Positions 39,406-48,269 are shown, counted from the stretch's first letter. The stretch: 64,000 nt of DNA from a virus (IMGVR_UViG_3300038443_000757:84614-148613); one strand, 5' to 3'. Translations and numbers: made by a program. The notes: a model not told the origin generated them from the sequence alone.

Positions 39406-39434
39406 ATTATACCATTTTATCAGCCACTTGTCAA
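39406..39434 (-). promoter_or_regulatory. sigmaA-type promoter of coiled-coil/ncRNA/tRNA unit
   Basis: TTGACA-17-TATAAT with TG extension. Confidence 0.8.
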
Positions 39435-39461
39435 CAACTATTTTTCAAGATCGATTTTTAT

Positions 39462-39547
39462 TGGCGAGGGTGGGAGGATTCAAGCCCCTTAACAATGGTT
39501 TTGGAGACCATCTGCGCTCTCTGGCGACATTTAAGTTTCCTACCCCC
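39462..39547 (-). tRNA. tRNA-Trp(CCA)-like with enlarged D region
   Basis: ATGGT-CTCCAAA-ACCAT, G73-CCA, ~29 nt between acceptor and anticodon arms. Confidence 0.5.
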
Positions 39548-39574
39548 AAGCATGCGAGCGTTCCGCTCTAGGTA

Positions 39575-39778
39575 TTATCTTCTCTTCCTATCAATCTTAA
39601 AGAACAACATGTTTTGATTGAAATACTTCTTAATCAATCTAGCAGACCATCTTGGTTTAAACATTATCCAGTGTGGAAGAGTAATTATTTGACAAAAAAT
39701 CATGAAAACAAGTATCATTACTATAAACAAAAAGTTGCTCCAACCACTATCTCCATCAAAAAGTCCCATACTCATCAC
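39575..39778 (-). CDS. small membrane protein
   Basis: hydrophobic 67 aa. Confidence 0.5.
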   Translation of the reverse strand: MMSMGLFDGDSGWSNFLFIVMILVFMIFCQIITLPHWIMFKPRWSARLIKKYFNQNMLFFKIDRKRR

Positions 39779-39914
39779 TCCACTATATCTACAATCATAA
39801 GAAACTTTTCATTCATATAAAAGACGAATACCAAACTTTCTTCATACTCACATATGAATTCTGATCTAAAGTTTACTTTTAGATTCATATCAATCATCTC
39901 TCTCGGTTACATTT

Positions 39915-39943
39915 ATTATACCATTTATTCTTTTACTTGTCAA
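39915..39943 (-). promoter_or_regulatory. sigmaA-type promoter
   Basis: TTGACA-17-TATAAT. Confidence 0.75.
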
Positions 39944-40121
39944 TGCCATTCTCTAAATCTTTTTCTTCATTATCTTCGTAATTGTGACTCCATTCAAAAA
40001 TACCGTTATCTTTGCAACCACAATTCTTAAATCTCAAGTAATCTTCTTCTGTTGCATTATAGTTAATTGTCAATGTATTTGTACATCTACTGCTATTACA
40101 CTTCCAAACATACCACTTCAT
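39933..40121 (-). CDS. small Cys-containing protein
   Basis: C....C / C.C pairs, 62 aa. Confidence 0.5.
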   Translation of the reverse strand: MKWYVWKCNSSRCTNTLTINYNATEEDYLRFKNCGCKDNGIFEWSHNYEDNEEKDLENGIDK

Positions 40122-40155
40122 TTATTCTTCCACCCTTCGGCTCAACGTAATACAA

Positions 40156-40184
40156 ATTATACCATATAGATTAATGTATGTCAA
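40156..40184 (-). promoter_or_regulatory. sigmaA-type promoter
   Basis: TTGACA-17-TATAAT. Confidence 0.75.
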
Positions 40185-40204
40185 CAACTTTTTTAAAATA
40201 AATA

Positions 40205-40235
40205 AAAAGGACAGCTAAAAATAGCTGTCCTTTTT
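40205..40235. terminator. bidirectional intrinsic terminator
   Basis: AAAAAGGACAGCTA/TAGCTGTCCTTTTT. Confidence 0.85.
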
Positions 40236-40237
40236 AT

Positions 40238-41404
40238 TTATTTAAGCCCCAAATTAATGCTTGCTGTAATTGCATCTTTAGCCGCACTAAGAGGATGAAT
40301 TCCATCTCCTGTAAATCCAGCTTTCCACAATCCAGTGCTATCAGACGCTGTTTCGATAACCGCCGCAACATCAAGGACATTTACAGGATACAATCCTGCA
40401 CGAAGATTCTGATTAAATGTTGCACGTTTAGTATTGTAGCTATTACCAGAATAAACAGTTTGATTTCCAACTGTTGCCCAGTTATCCGTACTAGTTGTTC
40501 TTGGTGTACTTGTGCTTTGATATACAACCAGTCCAATAGATTTCAAGTTCCTCCACAAGTCTTTAATGTATCCTTCTTGTGTAGCAAATGAAGCTGGAAG
40601 GTTCCAATCATTCGCTCCGAATGTCACAATGGCATGAGTAAAATATTGTAACAATCTCATGCGATATGCATTACCAGAGTTTTGTTGCATCGTTGTAACA
40701 TCAGAGCCGGGACGAGATAGAATAGAATAACCATATTTATTCTGAACTTCTAATACAGGCCATCCATCACCATTAGCATCTCCAACCATAGAATCTCCAA
40801 TAAGTGCGAATGCAACAGCATCGTCTTTAGCTGGAACTCCAATGATAACCGAAGGGCCATATCCAGATTCAGTTGAAGCACCAAGAGCACCAGTAGTGTT
40901 AACCTGATCTCCAGTAGACTTTCCTTCTCCACTAGAGCCAATAAGACCAAGACCTTGAGGATATGTTTGTCCATCCGTAGGGACAGAAACCCAAATTCGT
41001 GTAAAGAATGTAGCGCCTACAGGAATATCGCGGTAAATTGGATCAGTCAGAGCAAAGCCACCAATATCAAGAGTTTTGTTTCTAACTCCACCGAAGAATA
41101 GGCGAGTCATTAATCCGTTATATTCCAATGCTACTGCAATGGTGATTGGATTTCCATTACTTGATTCAGTTGTAACCGTAGGATAGAAGTTTGCAAAACC
41201 AAACTGCAAGCTGTGACACTCTGTTTTCATAACGTGAGAATAACGATACGTAACACCCGCAGTTGTGCCAGCAAGCGTAGTACCTACATGATGTGCCGCG
41301 CATCGTGTAGCAACTTGAATTGGTCTTTTCTTTGCAATTCCTCCCACAAACTTATTAATTTCAGACTTCCTTATGTCATTGGGGAAAATATTATTTTTGT
41401 CCAT
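40238..41404 (-). CDS. SGNH/GDSL hydrolase-domain protein
   Basis: LIGDSM (block I), FGAND (block III), GDGIHP (block V). Confidence 0.85.
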   Translation of the reverse strand: MDKNNIFPNDIRKSEINKFVGGIAKKRPIQVATRCAAHHVGTTLAGTTAGVTYRYSHVMKTECHSLQFGFANFYPTVTTESSNGNPITIAVALEYNGLMTRLFFGGVRNKTLDIGGFALTDPIYRDIPVGATFFTRIWVSVPTDGQTYPQGLGLIGSSGEGKSTGDQVNTTGALGASTESGYGPSVIIGVPAKDDAVAFALIGDSMVGDANGDGWPVLEVQNKYGYSILSRPGSDVTTMQQNSGNAYRMRLLQYFTHAIVTFGANDWNLPASFATQEGYIKDLWRNLKSIGLVVYQSTSTPRTTSTDNWATVGNQTVYSGNSYNTKRATFNQNLRAGLYPVNVLDVAAVIETASDSTGLWKAGFTGDGIHPLSAAKDAITASINLGLK

Positions 41405-41443
41405 TAGTATTTCACTTCCTTCTCAATAAAAAATTAGAACAGA

Positions 41444-41707
41444 TTAAAACTTACCAAACCATTTGAAATCAATACCAGCCTCAACAATAACAAGAGAATA
41501 AATCTTAGAATCGTTTGCATCAATTTGAAGTCCTTGTTCTGGATCAAGAGGAATTGGGCCGCTACCATTGATTTTAATTGTGCATGCTTGAGTATTCAAA
41601 AAAGAAAATTCATAATATTGTCTGTTAACATTCCATCCAGACGGAAGTGGAAGAATCTCCTGATTTGCTGTGCTAGTACTTTTACCACCATTATAACCTT
41701 GTGCCAT
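41444..41707 (-). CDS. small beta-strand protein upstream of SGNH gene
   Basis: 87 aa with RBS. Confidence 0.65.
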   Translation of the reverse strand: MAQGYNGGKSTSTANQEILPLPSGWNVNRQYYEFSFLNTQACTIKINGSGPIPLDPEQGLQIDANDSKIYSLVIVEAGIDFKWFGKF

Positions 41708-41748
41708 TTTAACATCTCTCCTTACTTAATATGTATTATCAAAATAAT

Positions 41749-41778
41749 AAAAAAGACAAACCCTTTGTGAGTTTGTCT
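41749..41778 (-). terminator. intrinsic terminator
   Basis: AGACAAACT/GGTTTGTCT stem plus T6. Confidence 0.75.
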
Positions 41779-41794
41779 ATTGTCTTTATTCTAT

Positions 41795-41823
41795 ATTATA
41801 TCATTTATTACATCATTTGTCAA
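41795..41823 (-). promoter_or_regulatory. sigmaA-type promoter
   Basis: TTGACA-17-TATAAT with TG extension. Confidence 0.8.
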
Positions 41824-41828
41824 AAATA

Positions 41829-42095
41829 CTAAATGCGATTTGCTTTACGAGAATTCTTCGCCATCTGACGACGATTCTTGCGACGATTATATTCTTTATC
41901 AGAGAGAGTATAATCAACTGGATTGTTCAAACGATTAAATCCACCTTGACGAAACAGTGCAAATTGACGTGCAATTCCAGCTTGACTTACTGCGTCAAAA
42001 GCTTTTTTCTGATCTTCTGTAGGTTGTGCAATCACTTCAGGATTTACGATGTTAAAGAATTTTTCATGTTTTCCAAGTTCAATTTGTCTATTCAT
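41829..42095 (-). CDS. basic hypothetical protein
   Basis: 88 aa, Arg/Lys-rich C-terminus, GGAG RBS. Confidence 0.65.
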   Translation of the reverse strand: MNRQIELGKHEKFFNIVNPEVIAQPTEDQKKAFDAVSQAGIARQFALFRQGGFNRLNNPVDYTLSDKEYNRRKNRRQMAKNSRKANRI

Positions 42096-42126
42096 ATTTA
42101 TTATCTCCTTTTATTCGAATTTTAAA

Positions 42127-43386
42127 TTATAGTAGTTCAGCCAAAGAAGCTGTTTCACTGCGCTCTGTCTTGTCAAGAATTACTTGACCATATAATGGAT
42201 TGCCCTTAAGTTTAGTAAGCGTCAAGATGCCACTGTTATGTCTGAATACATCTTTATCAGTCTGTTTTAAGTCTCCATTGAACCAAATTTGAGAGCCTTC
42301 ACCTACACGACTAATAAGAAGTTTTACATGTTCTGAAGTATTGTTTTGAACTTCTGTAACGTAGATGATCGAATTTTTAATATCTCGTCCACGAATACGT
42401 GTCAGGTCTTGAAGTTCAACAACTCCAGAATCAACCATAAGTCTAAGCTGATCAACGCCACCAACAGCGTCTGCTAGAGGCATAGCAAACTCAATCATTT
42501 TATCAAAATTATCACCTTTACGGAATCCAGACTCTGGAGCATCCTTTAATGGTACTTGATTTCGTACAAAGACAATCTTATCAATTACTCTACTTTCAAG
42601 CATTGCAATAGCATGTGAAATCATACAGAAATCTTTTCCTGATCCAAAAACTCCGAAACAAGCTTTGACAGTTATACTCCTGTCTTGCAACATATTAAAT
42701 AGAAGTTGTTGTTTTAAATTTCTAGGCTTTGTTTTCCCCATGTGTCTACTTGAGACTTCCTTGAATTTTACAGGGACATACATTTCACCATTCCACTTAT
42801 ACTTTGCCTTATCAATATATTCTCCACCTGTATTCTTAAACATGATATATTCATTTTCATATAGTTCATACATATTTTCATTGAGATTAGAATAGAAATC
42901 ATTAAGCTCTTCTTCGTCTGCTTCGATTTCCATAACACCTGAATACATTGTTTCATAAGTTTCTTTGCCATCATCACTAAGACCAAATGTAATGTATGGA
43001 ATGTTATATCCTTTACATTTCTCAATTACGAGTTGATCATTGCTAATGACTCCATAATCATTCTCTACTGCGGCTTGAATGATAAGATTATCAACATAAC
43101 TTCCATCTTGAGTAGCATTAAGTGTCCATTTGTAATCCTTGAGATCACGTGTAATCTTTGCCTCATTTTCTGGATCAGCTAGATATCTTACTGCTTCACG
43201 TGCCTGATATGCCAATGTATTAATTTCAGACTCATTAGAAACTCTACTTTTCTTAGACTTAAATACATCCAATTCTCTATAGACATGGGAAAGTGCTACA
43301 ATATCATAATCTTTAATTTCTTCTAAGTTATTTAGAAATACATTTGTATCCACAATATACTTAATGGTTTTTACTTCCTCTTCCAT
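42127..43386 (-). CDS. phoH: PIN-domain PhoH-like ATPase
   Basis: YIVDTNVFL PIN motif; G.FGSGKD Walker A; IRGRDI, VTEVQN, LISRVGEGS, NGD..Q. Confidence 0.9.
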   Translation of the reverse strand: MEEEVKTIKYIVDTNVFLNNLEEIKDYDIVALSHVYRELDVFKSKKSRVSNESEINTLAYQAREAVRYLADPENEAKITRDLKDYKWTLNATQDGSYVDNLIIQAAVENDYGVISNDQLVIEKCKGYNIPYITFGLSDDGKETYETMYSGVMEIEADEEELNDFYSNLNENMYELYENEYIMFKNTGGEYIDKAKYKWNGEMYVPVKFKEVSSRHMGKTKPRNLKQQLLFNMLQDRSITVKACFGVFGSGKDFCMISHAIAMLESRVIDKIVFVRNQVPLKDAPESGFRKGDNFDKMIEFAMPLADAVGGVDQLRLMVDSGVVELQDLTRIRGRDIKNSIIYVTEVQNNTSEHVKLLISRVGEGSQIWFNGDLKQTDKDVFRHNSGILTLTKLKGNPLYGQVILDKTERSETASLAELL

Positions 43387-43487
43387 AAATCCACCTACCC
43401 ATAATTAATGACTATATAAAAAATGGAGCGGCAATCTCTCACCGCTCCGATAACTACCATGTTTATCTCTATATTATATTTTAAAAA

Positions 43488-43772
43488 TTAGCCATTAACG
43501 AGTTCTTTGATTTTAGGCGATACACTGGAAACAACGGTTTTCTTTGCAGGAACATCAATTGCTTCACCAGTTTGTGGATTGCGGCCTACGTAAGCTTCGC
43601 GTTCGCGAACTTCCCATGCTCCGAAACCAGATACAGATACGTCATCACCATTTTGAAGTGCTGTTGCAATTGCTTCAAATACTGCGTCATAGGATGCTTC
43701 TGCGTCTTTCTTAGTTCCACCTTTAATTTCTGCGATCATTGCTACCAATTCTTTTTTGTTCAATTTTGCCAT
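43488..43772 (-). CDS. hup: HU-like histone-like DNA-binding protein
   Basis: LNKKELV..IA, GFG.WEV.ER....GRNPQTGE.I. Confidence 0.93.
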   Translation of the reverse strand: MAKLNKKELVAMIAEIKGGTKKDAEASYDAVFEAIATALQNGDDVSVSGFGAWEVREREAYVGRNPQTGEAIDVPAKKTVVSSVSPKIKELVNG

Positions 43773-43854
43773 TGTAATCTTCTCCTTTTGTCCCTTTGGG
43801 ATATAATATAATTTTTATATTTGAACACCAGTTACTTTATCTTTCACTTGTGTT

Positions 43855-44208
43855 TCAATTAATGAAATCTACCTTTGAACCATCAATCTCTTCAAAACTT
43901 TCATCAAAAAACCTAAACTCATCTCCACTATCAACAACCAATATGTTTGACATCTGTGCATCATTTGACCAATTGTTAATAACACCTTTATCACTTTTCT
44001 TGGGCTTATTTAAGACAATATACTGGCTTACTGATTCATCAATCTTCATCTTATTGCTTTGATAAGAGAAGAAATTATTGGTATCAACTATACACCATTC
44101 AGAACCAACTGATTTCTCAATAACCTGTTCAAGCTTGTCAAACTTACTTACTTTTTTCTTTGCCATTCGTTTCACCACGCATTTCATCCTGCTCGGAAAC
44201 GTTTTCAT
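43855..44208 (-). CDS. hypothetical protein
   Basis: ORF; true start probably MAKKK. Confidence 0.55.
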   Translation of the reverse strand: MKTFPSRMKCVVKRMAKKKVSKFDKLEQVIEKSVGSEWCIVDTNNFFSYQSNKMKIDESVSQYIVLNKPKKSDKGVINNWSNDAQMSNILVVDSGDEFRFFDESFEEIDGSKVDFIN

Positions 44209-44422
44209 CTTTATGATTACAAAGATAGTTAGAAATAATCTCCAAGCAAACTTGTGTCTTTTTCAGTTTCCAAGTCTTCTGAAAGTATGGATTCCATTCT
44301 TCTAGAATCTTGTCAACAACAACCCTTTTTTCTTCAAGTGAAATCTTATTATCTAATTCAATTTTGCTACCATCTGGAAGTATAAGTTTCATATGAATTT
44401 TCCTTTCACTTGCTATATTCAT
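44144..44422 (-). CDS. hypothetical protein
   Basis: MKL.LPDG.KIELD motif. Confidence 0.6.
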   Translation of the reverse strand: MNIASERKIHMKLILPDGSKIELDNKISLEEKRVVVDKILEEWNPYFQKTWKLKKTQVCLEIISNYLCNHKDENVSEQDEMRGETNGKEKSK

Positions 44423-44441
44423 TTGTTAATGAAAGCGCTTT

Positions 44442-44599
44442 CTCAACCTTATGAATATATTATACCATTTATTCTTGCACTTGTCAAGCTTTTATTTTAT
44501 CGGTTGAGAGATCATCCTATCTCATTCATTTTACTGAATGGTTTCTTGTATCCCTCAACCTTATGAATATATTATACCATTTATTCTTGCACTTGTCAA
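44442..44599 (-). repeat. 46-bp direct repeat, each copy a sigmaA promoter
   Basis: identical copies at 44442-44487 and 44554-44599 containing TTGACA-17-TATAAT. Confidence 0.9.
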
Positions 44600-44779
44600 C
44601 AACTATTTTCAAAGTGTTAAAAATGCTTCCATAAAATGAGGAATGCGAACAACATCCAGCCTACAATAATTAATATCGCTCCTCCGAAAAACCCGATTGC
44701 AATTCCTAACACAATTCCCTTTAATGTCAAAAGTGATATGATTAACAATAAAATTAATATAAATATTAATGCATACATT

Positions 44780-45052
44780 TTATTTACCCCCAGATTCGCA
44801 TTGACCAATTGGAGAAATAGCGATATTGTCATTAGAAAAGTCATCTTGAACTATAATAAATTTGCACCCTTCGGATTCAATCGTCCAAGTTTCAAAATCT
44901 CCACGATAAATAGAGTGTCCTAAAATTTCTGACGATTCAGGAAGTTTATTGTTGATATTATCAACTTGAACTGGACCTGTATCTTCTGCAATTCCACAGC
45001 CAGAAGCAATTATAGTAAAACCCAATGTCACTACAGCAAACATCTTTTTCAT
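44780..45052 (-). CDS. lipoprotein
   Basis: MKK plus hydrophobic core plus lipobox ASGC. Confidence 0.7.
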   Translation of the reverse strand: MKKMFAVVTLGFTIIASGCGIAEDTGPVQVDNINNKLPESSEILGHSIYRGDFETWTIESEGCKFIIVQDDFSNDNIAISPIGQCESGGK

Positions 45053-47262
45053 TACGCAATATCTCCTTTTAACAATTCTCCTAAGAATGTGTTACGTCTC
45101 AAGTTCTCAACTTTTTTCATTGCTTCGTTAATTACTTTTGGCTGACACAATGTAACCAAATCTTCTTTTGCTCTCGTAAGAGCAGTGTAAAGAAGATTTG
45201 CATTTAATTGATAAGTGTGAGATTTATCAGCTATAGCTACAACTGCCTCTGCCGCACTTCCTTGAGATTTGTGCATTGTCAAACATCCAGAATGCAATAA
45301 CTTTTCAAAATCAGAAGAAGAATATTCTACAATAAAGTCATCAAAATCAATTGTGATTTTTTTATTTTCTTCATCAACATTTGTAATAACTCCTGTGTCA
45401 CCATTCATAATGTCTACTGAAGCACCACAAACATCTTTGACTCTGTAAGAGTTTTTAACATTTATTACGAAATCACCTTTTCTGAATGCCATCTCTTCAC
45501 CATATTCATTTCTTGTAATCTCAGGCTCGTCACCCATTCTTGGATTAACAATCTCTTGAAGATTTCTGTTGATTGCATGTGTCCCCAAGTCTCTCTTTTT
45601 AGTTGGAGACAAAACCATGATGTCTTCTGGAGAATATTTTCCTAGAAGTTCATTATAGTAGTGCTTGTAACCCTTCTCCATTTTTTCTTGTGGACAACAT
45701 ACGAATATGCAATTGTCTCCAAATTTTTTTACACCTGTGTCATTGTTCTTGAGGAATTTTTCACCCTTACGAATCTTTGTAACAACATCAAGAATTCCAC
45801 CTTCAGATTGACGGAAAACAATGTCAAGCTTCGTAACGGGAAATGATCCGCTATTAATACAATCATACAAGAAATTCCCGCGATCTACTGAAGGAATTTG
45901 AAAATCATCCCCGATGAACAAAATTCGAACATTTGGATTAACAAGCTTCTCTAGTAGAATTTTAATAATTTCAACTCCACCCATTGAGGTTTCGTCAACA
46001 ATAATTACACTTTGAGGAATGACTACTTCACCAAATTCTTCTCTGTTCAAGCCAATTCCAGCCGCTTTATGAATTGTTGAAGCTCTACGTTTTGTATATT
46101 TAGACAATACTTTTGAAGCTTTGCCCGTCGGAGCTAAAAGTAAGTAATCAAGATGTAATTCTTGTTCAAGAAGATTAATCAATAACTTCTGCAACATTGA
46201 CTTGCCACAACCAGCATAACCAACAAGGAATGTTACTCTACTTTTCTTGAAGTTATAGAAGAATGATTTTTGTTGATCAGTTAATTTTATCTTATATTGA
46301 TCTTCTTGTTTGGCAATAAACTCTTCAACATTAAAGTCATAAAGTTCACTATTATTGTTATGCATACTTAGAAGTGTTTCTGCAACATTCTTCTCTATTT
46401 CATAAGTTTTCTTCAATGCAAACTTTCCATCAATGTTTACAATATCTTCTGAATTCAATAGCTCATCTCTGATCAAAGTCTTTTTAACTTTCAACAATGT
46501 ATAAGATTCTCGCAATAACTCTTCAGCAGTTACATAAGTATCTCCATTATTTTCACATTGTTCAATAGCATATGCAATTCCTGCATGAATCCTGAACGGA
46601 CTATTCATATCAAACCCAATTCCTTCAGCAATCTTATCTGCTGTCGTAAATCCAATTCCAGAAATCTTAGTGAGTTTATATGGATTTGTTTTAATATCCT
46701 GAATCAAAATCTCTGTCGAAGTATAATGTCTCATAAGTTTACTGATCATATTAAAATTCAAATCAGGAAATTCTTCCACAACAGTTTGCCATTCAAGATT
46801 TTGAATGACACGTTCTCTAATTCTATTGTAAGTAAACTCTCCAAATCCATACACTTTTGAATAGTCGAACGTATTCTCTTGGAACATCTTGACTACATCT
46901 TGTCCTTCATAAACCTTATAAATAGCATCAACCTGTCCTTGCGTCATCAAGGATGAAAGAAAGCTCTTCTGTCCTTCAATGGAACTTACTGAATGACTAT
47001 ACTTCCTCTTAATCTGATACGAAGTTCCATATGCATCATTTACTTCAACAAGTTGAAATTTATAAGTTGCTCCAATATTAAGCCTTTCAACAACACCCTT
47101 GATGCCAACATTTGCATATGCGTTTAGTTTCACTAGTTGTTTATCTTCTTCGTTTTTTAGCAAACATCCGTACATCGCCCAATTGGATTCTTCTTTGTAC
47201 GCGACTTCCCTGACAATAATAAGTTCAATATCAAATGGTTCACTCATTCTCTCACCGTCCAA
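45052..47262 (-). CDS. RecD2-like SF1B helicase
   Basis: NPYKL..I.GIGF..AD, GYAGCGKS, DETSM, GD..Q.PSV..G, FRQ..G, HKSQGS, LLYTALTRAK. Confidence 0.92.
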   Translation of the reverse strand: MDGERMSEPFDIELIIVREVAYKEESNWAMYGCLLKNEEDKQLVKLNAYANVGIKGVVERLNIGATYKFQLVEVNDAYGTSYQIKRKYSHSVSSIEGQKSFLSSLMTQGQVDAIYKVYEGQDVVKMFQENTFDYSKVYGFGEFTYNRIRERVIQNLEWQTVVEEFPDLNFNMISKLMRHYTSTEILIQDIKTNPYKLTKISGIGFTTADKIAEGIGFDMNSPFRIHAGIAYAIEQCENNGDTYVTAEELLRESYTLLKVKKTLIRDELLNSEDIVNIDGKFALKKTYEIEKNVAETLLSMHNNNSELYDFNVEEFIAKQEDQYKIKLTDQQKSFFYNFKKSRVTFLVGYAGCGKSMLQKLLINLLEQELHLDYLLLAPTGKASKVLSKYTKRRASTIHKAAGIGLNREEFGEVVIPQSVIIVDETSMGGVEIIKILLEKLVNPNVRILFIGDDFQIPSVDRGNFLYDCINSGSFPVTKLDIVFRQSEGGILDVVTKIRKGEKFLKNNDTGVKKFGDNCIFVCCPQEKMEKGYKHYYNELLGKYSPEDIMVLSPTKKRDLGTHAINRNLQEIVNPRMGDEPEITRNEYGEEMAFRKGDFVINVKNSYRVKDVCGASVDIMNGDTGVITNVDEENKKITIDFDDFIVEYSSSDFEKLLHSGCLTMHKSQGSAAEAVVAIADKSHTYQLNANLLYTALTRAKEDLVTLCQPKVINEAMKKVENLRRNTFLGELLKGDIA

Positions 47263-47280
47263 TTTAAATTATCTACGAAT

Positions 47281-47309
47281 AGTATACCATTTATTCTTCC
47301 ACTTGTCAA
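47281..47309 (-). promoter_or_regulatory. sigmaA-type promoter of helicase
   Basis: TTGACA-17-TATACT with TG extension. Confidence 0.75.
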
Positions 47310-47338
47310 TAGCTTTGACCGATTTCTCAACAAAAATA

Positions 47339-47507
47339 AACTCGAAATCCAATAGGTTACAAAAATGGACCAACTATAATAGATAACTTAATTATTTATT
47401 TTACTTTATTATATATAATATCAAATAATATAGTATAAGTATATATATAATAATAATTAATATATATTATATTTAGTCCATTTTTGTAACCTATTGGTTT
47501 TCGAGTT
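47339..47507. repeat. 32-bp inverted repeat flanking a 105-bp AT-rich core (origin-like)
   Basis: arms 47339-47370 and 47476-47507, 31/32 complementary. Confidence 0.85.
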
Positions 47508-47722
47508 GGAATTAATTCAGAAAAAACCCCATTTGACAGACCGAGGCTACCACGCCCCGGCACTATCAAACGTGTCGAGTTGCTTTTTGTCCACTTTAGG
47601 AGAGGACTTTTTGATCTTACCATATATGATTGTCCAAGTAAAGATTGAATTTTCCCTTCTATTATATAAGGAAAATCCAATTCATGTCCGACAAAAAGTA
47701 CACGCTTGATTTAAATTATTTG

Positions 47723-47751
47723 TCATAAGTTGTTGTGTCCATCTATATGAT
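47723..47751 (+). promoter_or_regulatory. sigmaE-like promoter of tubR/tubZ operon
   Basis: TCATAAG-14-TATATGAT. Confidence 0.45.
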
Positions 47752-47834
47752 TGGAGTATAAGCCGATCAACAAGAACCACCAAACATCATTGTAGATAAT
47801 TGTCGATCATCAACAATCGGGAAGGAGGTTCGAA

Positions 47835-47957
47835 ATGGCTGGAATTTCTTTAGCTTCTATAATAATAAATCTTGCTGGATGCGCTGTTGTCTCCGTTATG
47901 GCGAAACATAAAGCAGAAAAGGTTGTACTCATCAAGAGAGGCAGGGAGGTAAGGTAA
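47835..47957 (+). CDS. 40-aa hydrophobic/basic peptide, absent from ORF track
   Basis: GGAAGGAGGT RBS; MAGISLASIIINLAGCAVVSVMAKHKAEKVVLIKRGREVR. Confidence 0.65.
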   Translation: MAGISLASIIINLAGCAVVSVMAKHKAEKVVLIKRGREVR

Positions 47958-48260
47958 GTGGAAGGTGCCGCTATGTATGAAAAATATTTTCAGCAAATAA
48001 CAAACAACCTTGACGTTGATGATCTAATGATTCTTGACTCGTTAAAGGAAGATGACGCAAATGTCAAATTTAAAGCCATGAAGAACACTGTTTTATTTGA
48101 AAGGAGTGGTATGTCAGAGGCCAAATATAGAAAGACAATTGCTCGCTTATCTTCAATAAGTTTTATTGAAGCAAATACAACCAATAAAGAACATGCTCTA
48201 TTCATAACAGAATACGGAATGATTGCACTTCAAATCATGATCAAGAAAGCTGAAGGGTAG
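47958..48260 (+). CDS. winged-helix DNA-binding protein, TubR-like adaptor
   Basis: S.AKYRKTIARL...SFI....LFITEYG wHTH; directly upstream of tubulin gene; likely ATG at 47973. Confidence 0.65.
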   Translation: MEGAAMYEKYFQQITNNLDVDDLMILDSLKEDDANVKFKAMKNTVLFERSGMSEAKYRKTIARLSSISFIEANTTNKEHALFITEYGMIALQIMIKKAEG

Positions 48261-48269
48261 GTTTACAAC

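Noticed and set aside
372-43450. Apparent conserved GAGA(A/G)ATTG loop in several terminators as a protein-binding nut-like site
   Set aside because: Explained by ordinary GNRA tetraloops closed by A-T/G-T pairs; the third example matches poorly.
47371-47475. CRISPR array or microsatellite
   Set aside because: Only low-complexity A/T sequence; no repeat-spacer periodicity noticed here or elsewhere in the window.
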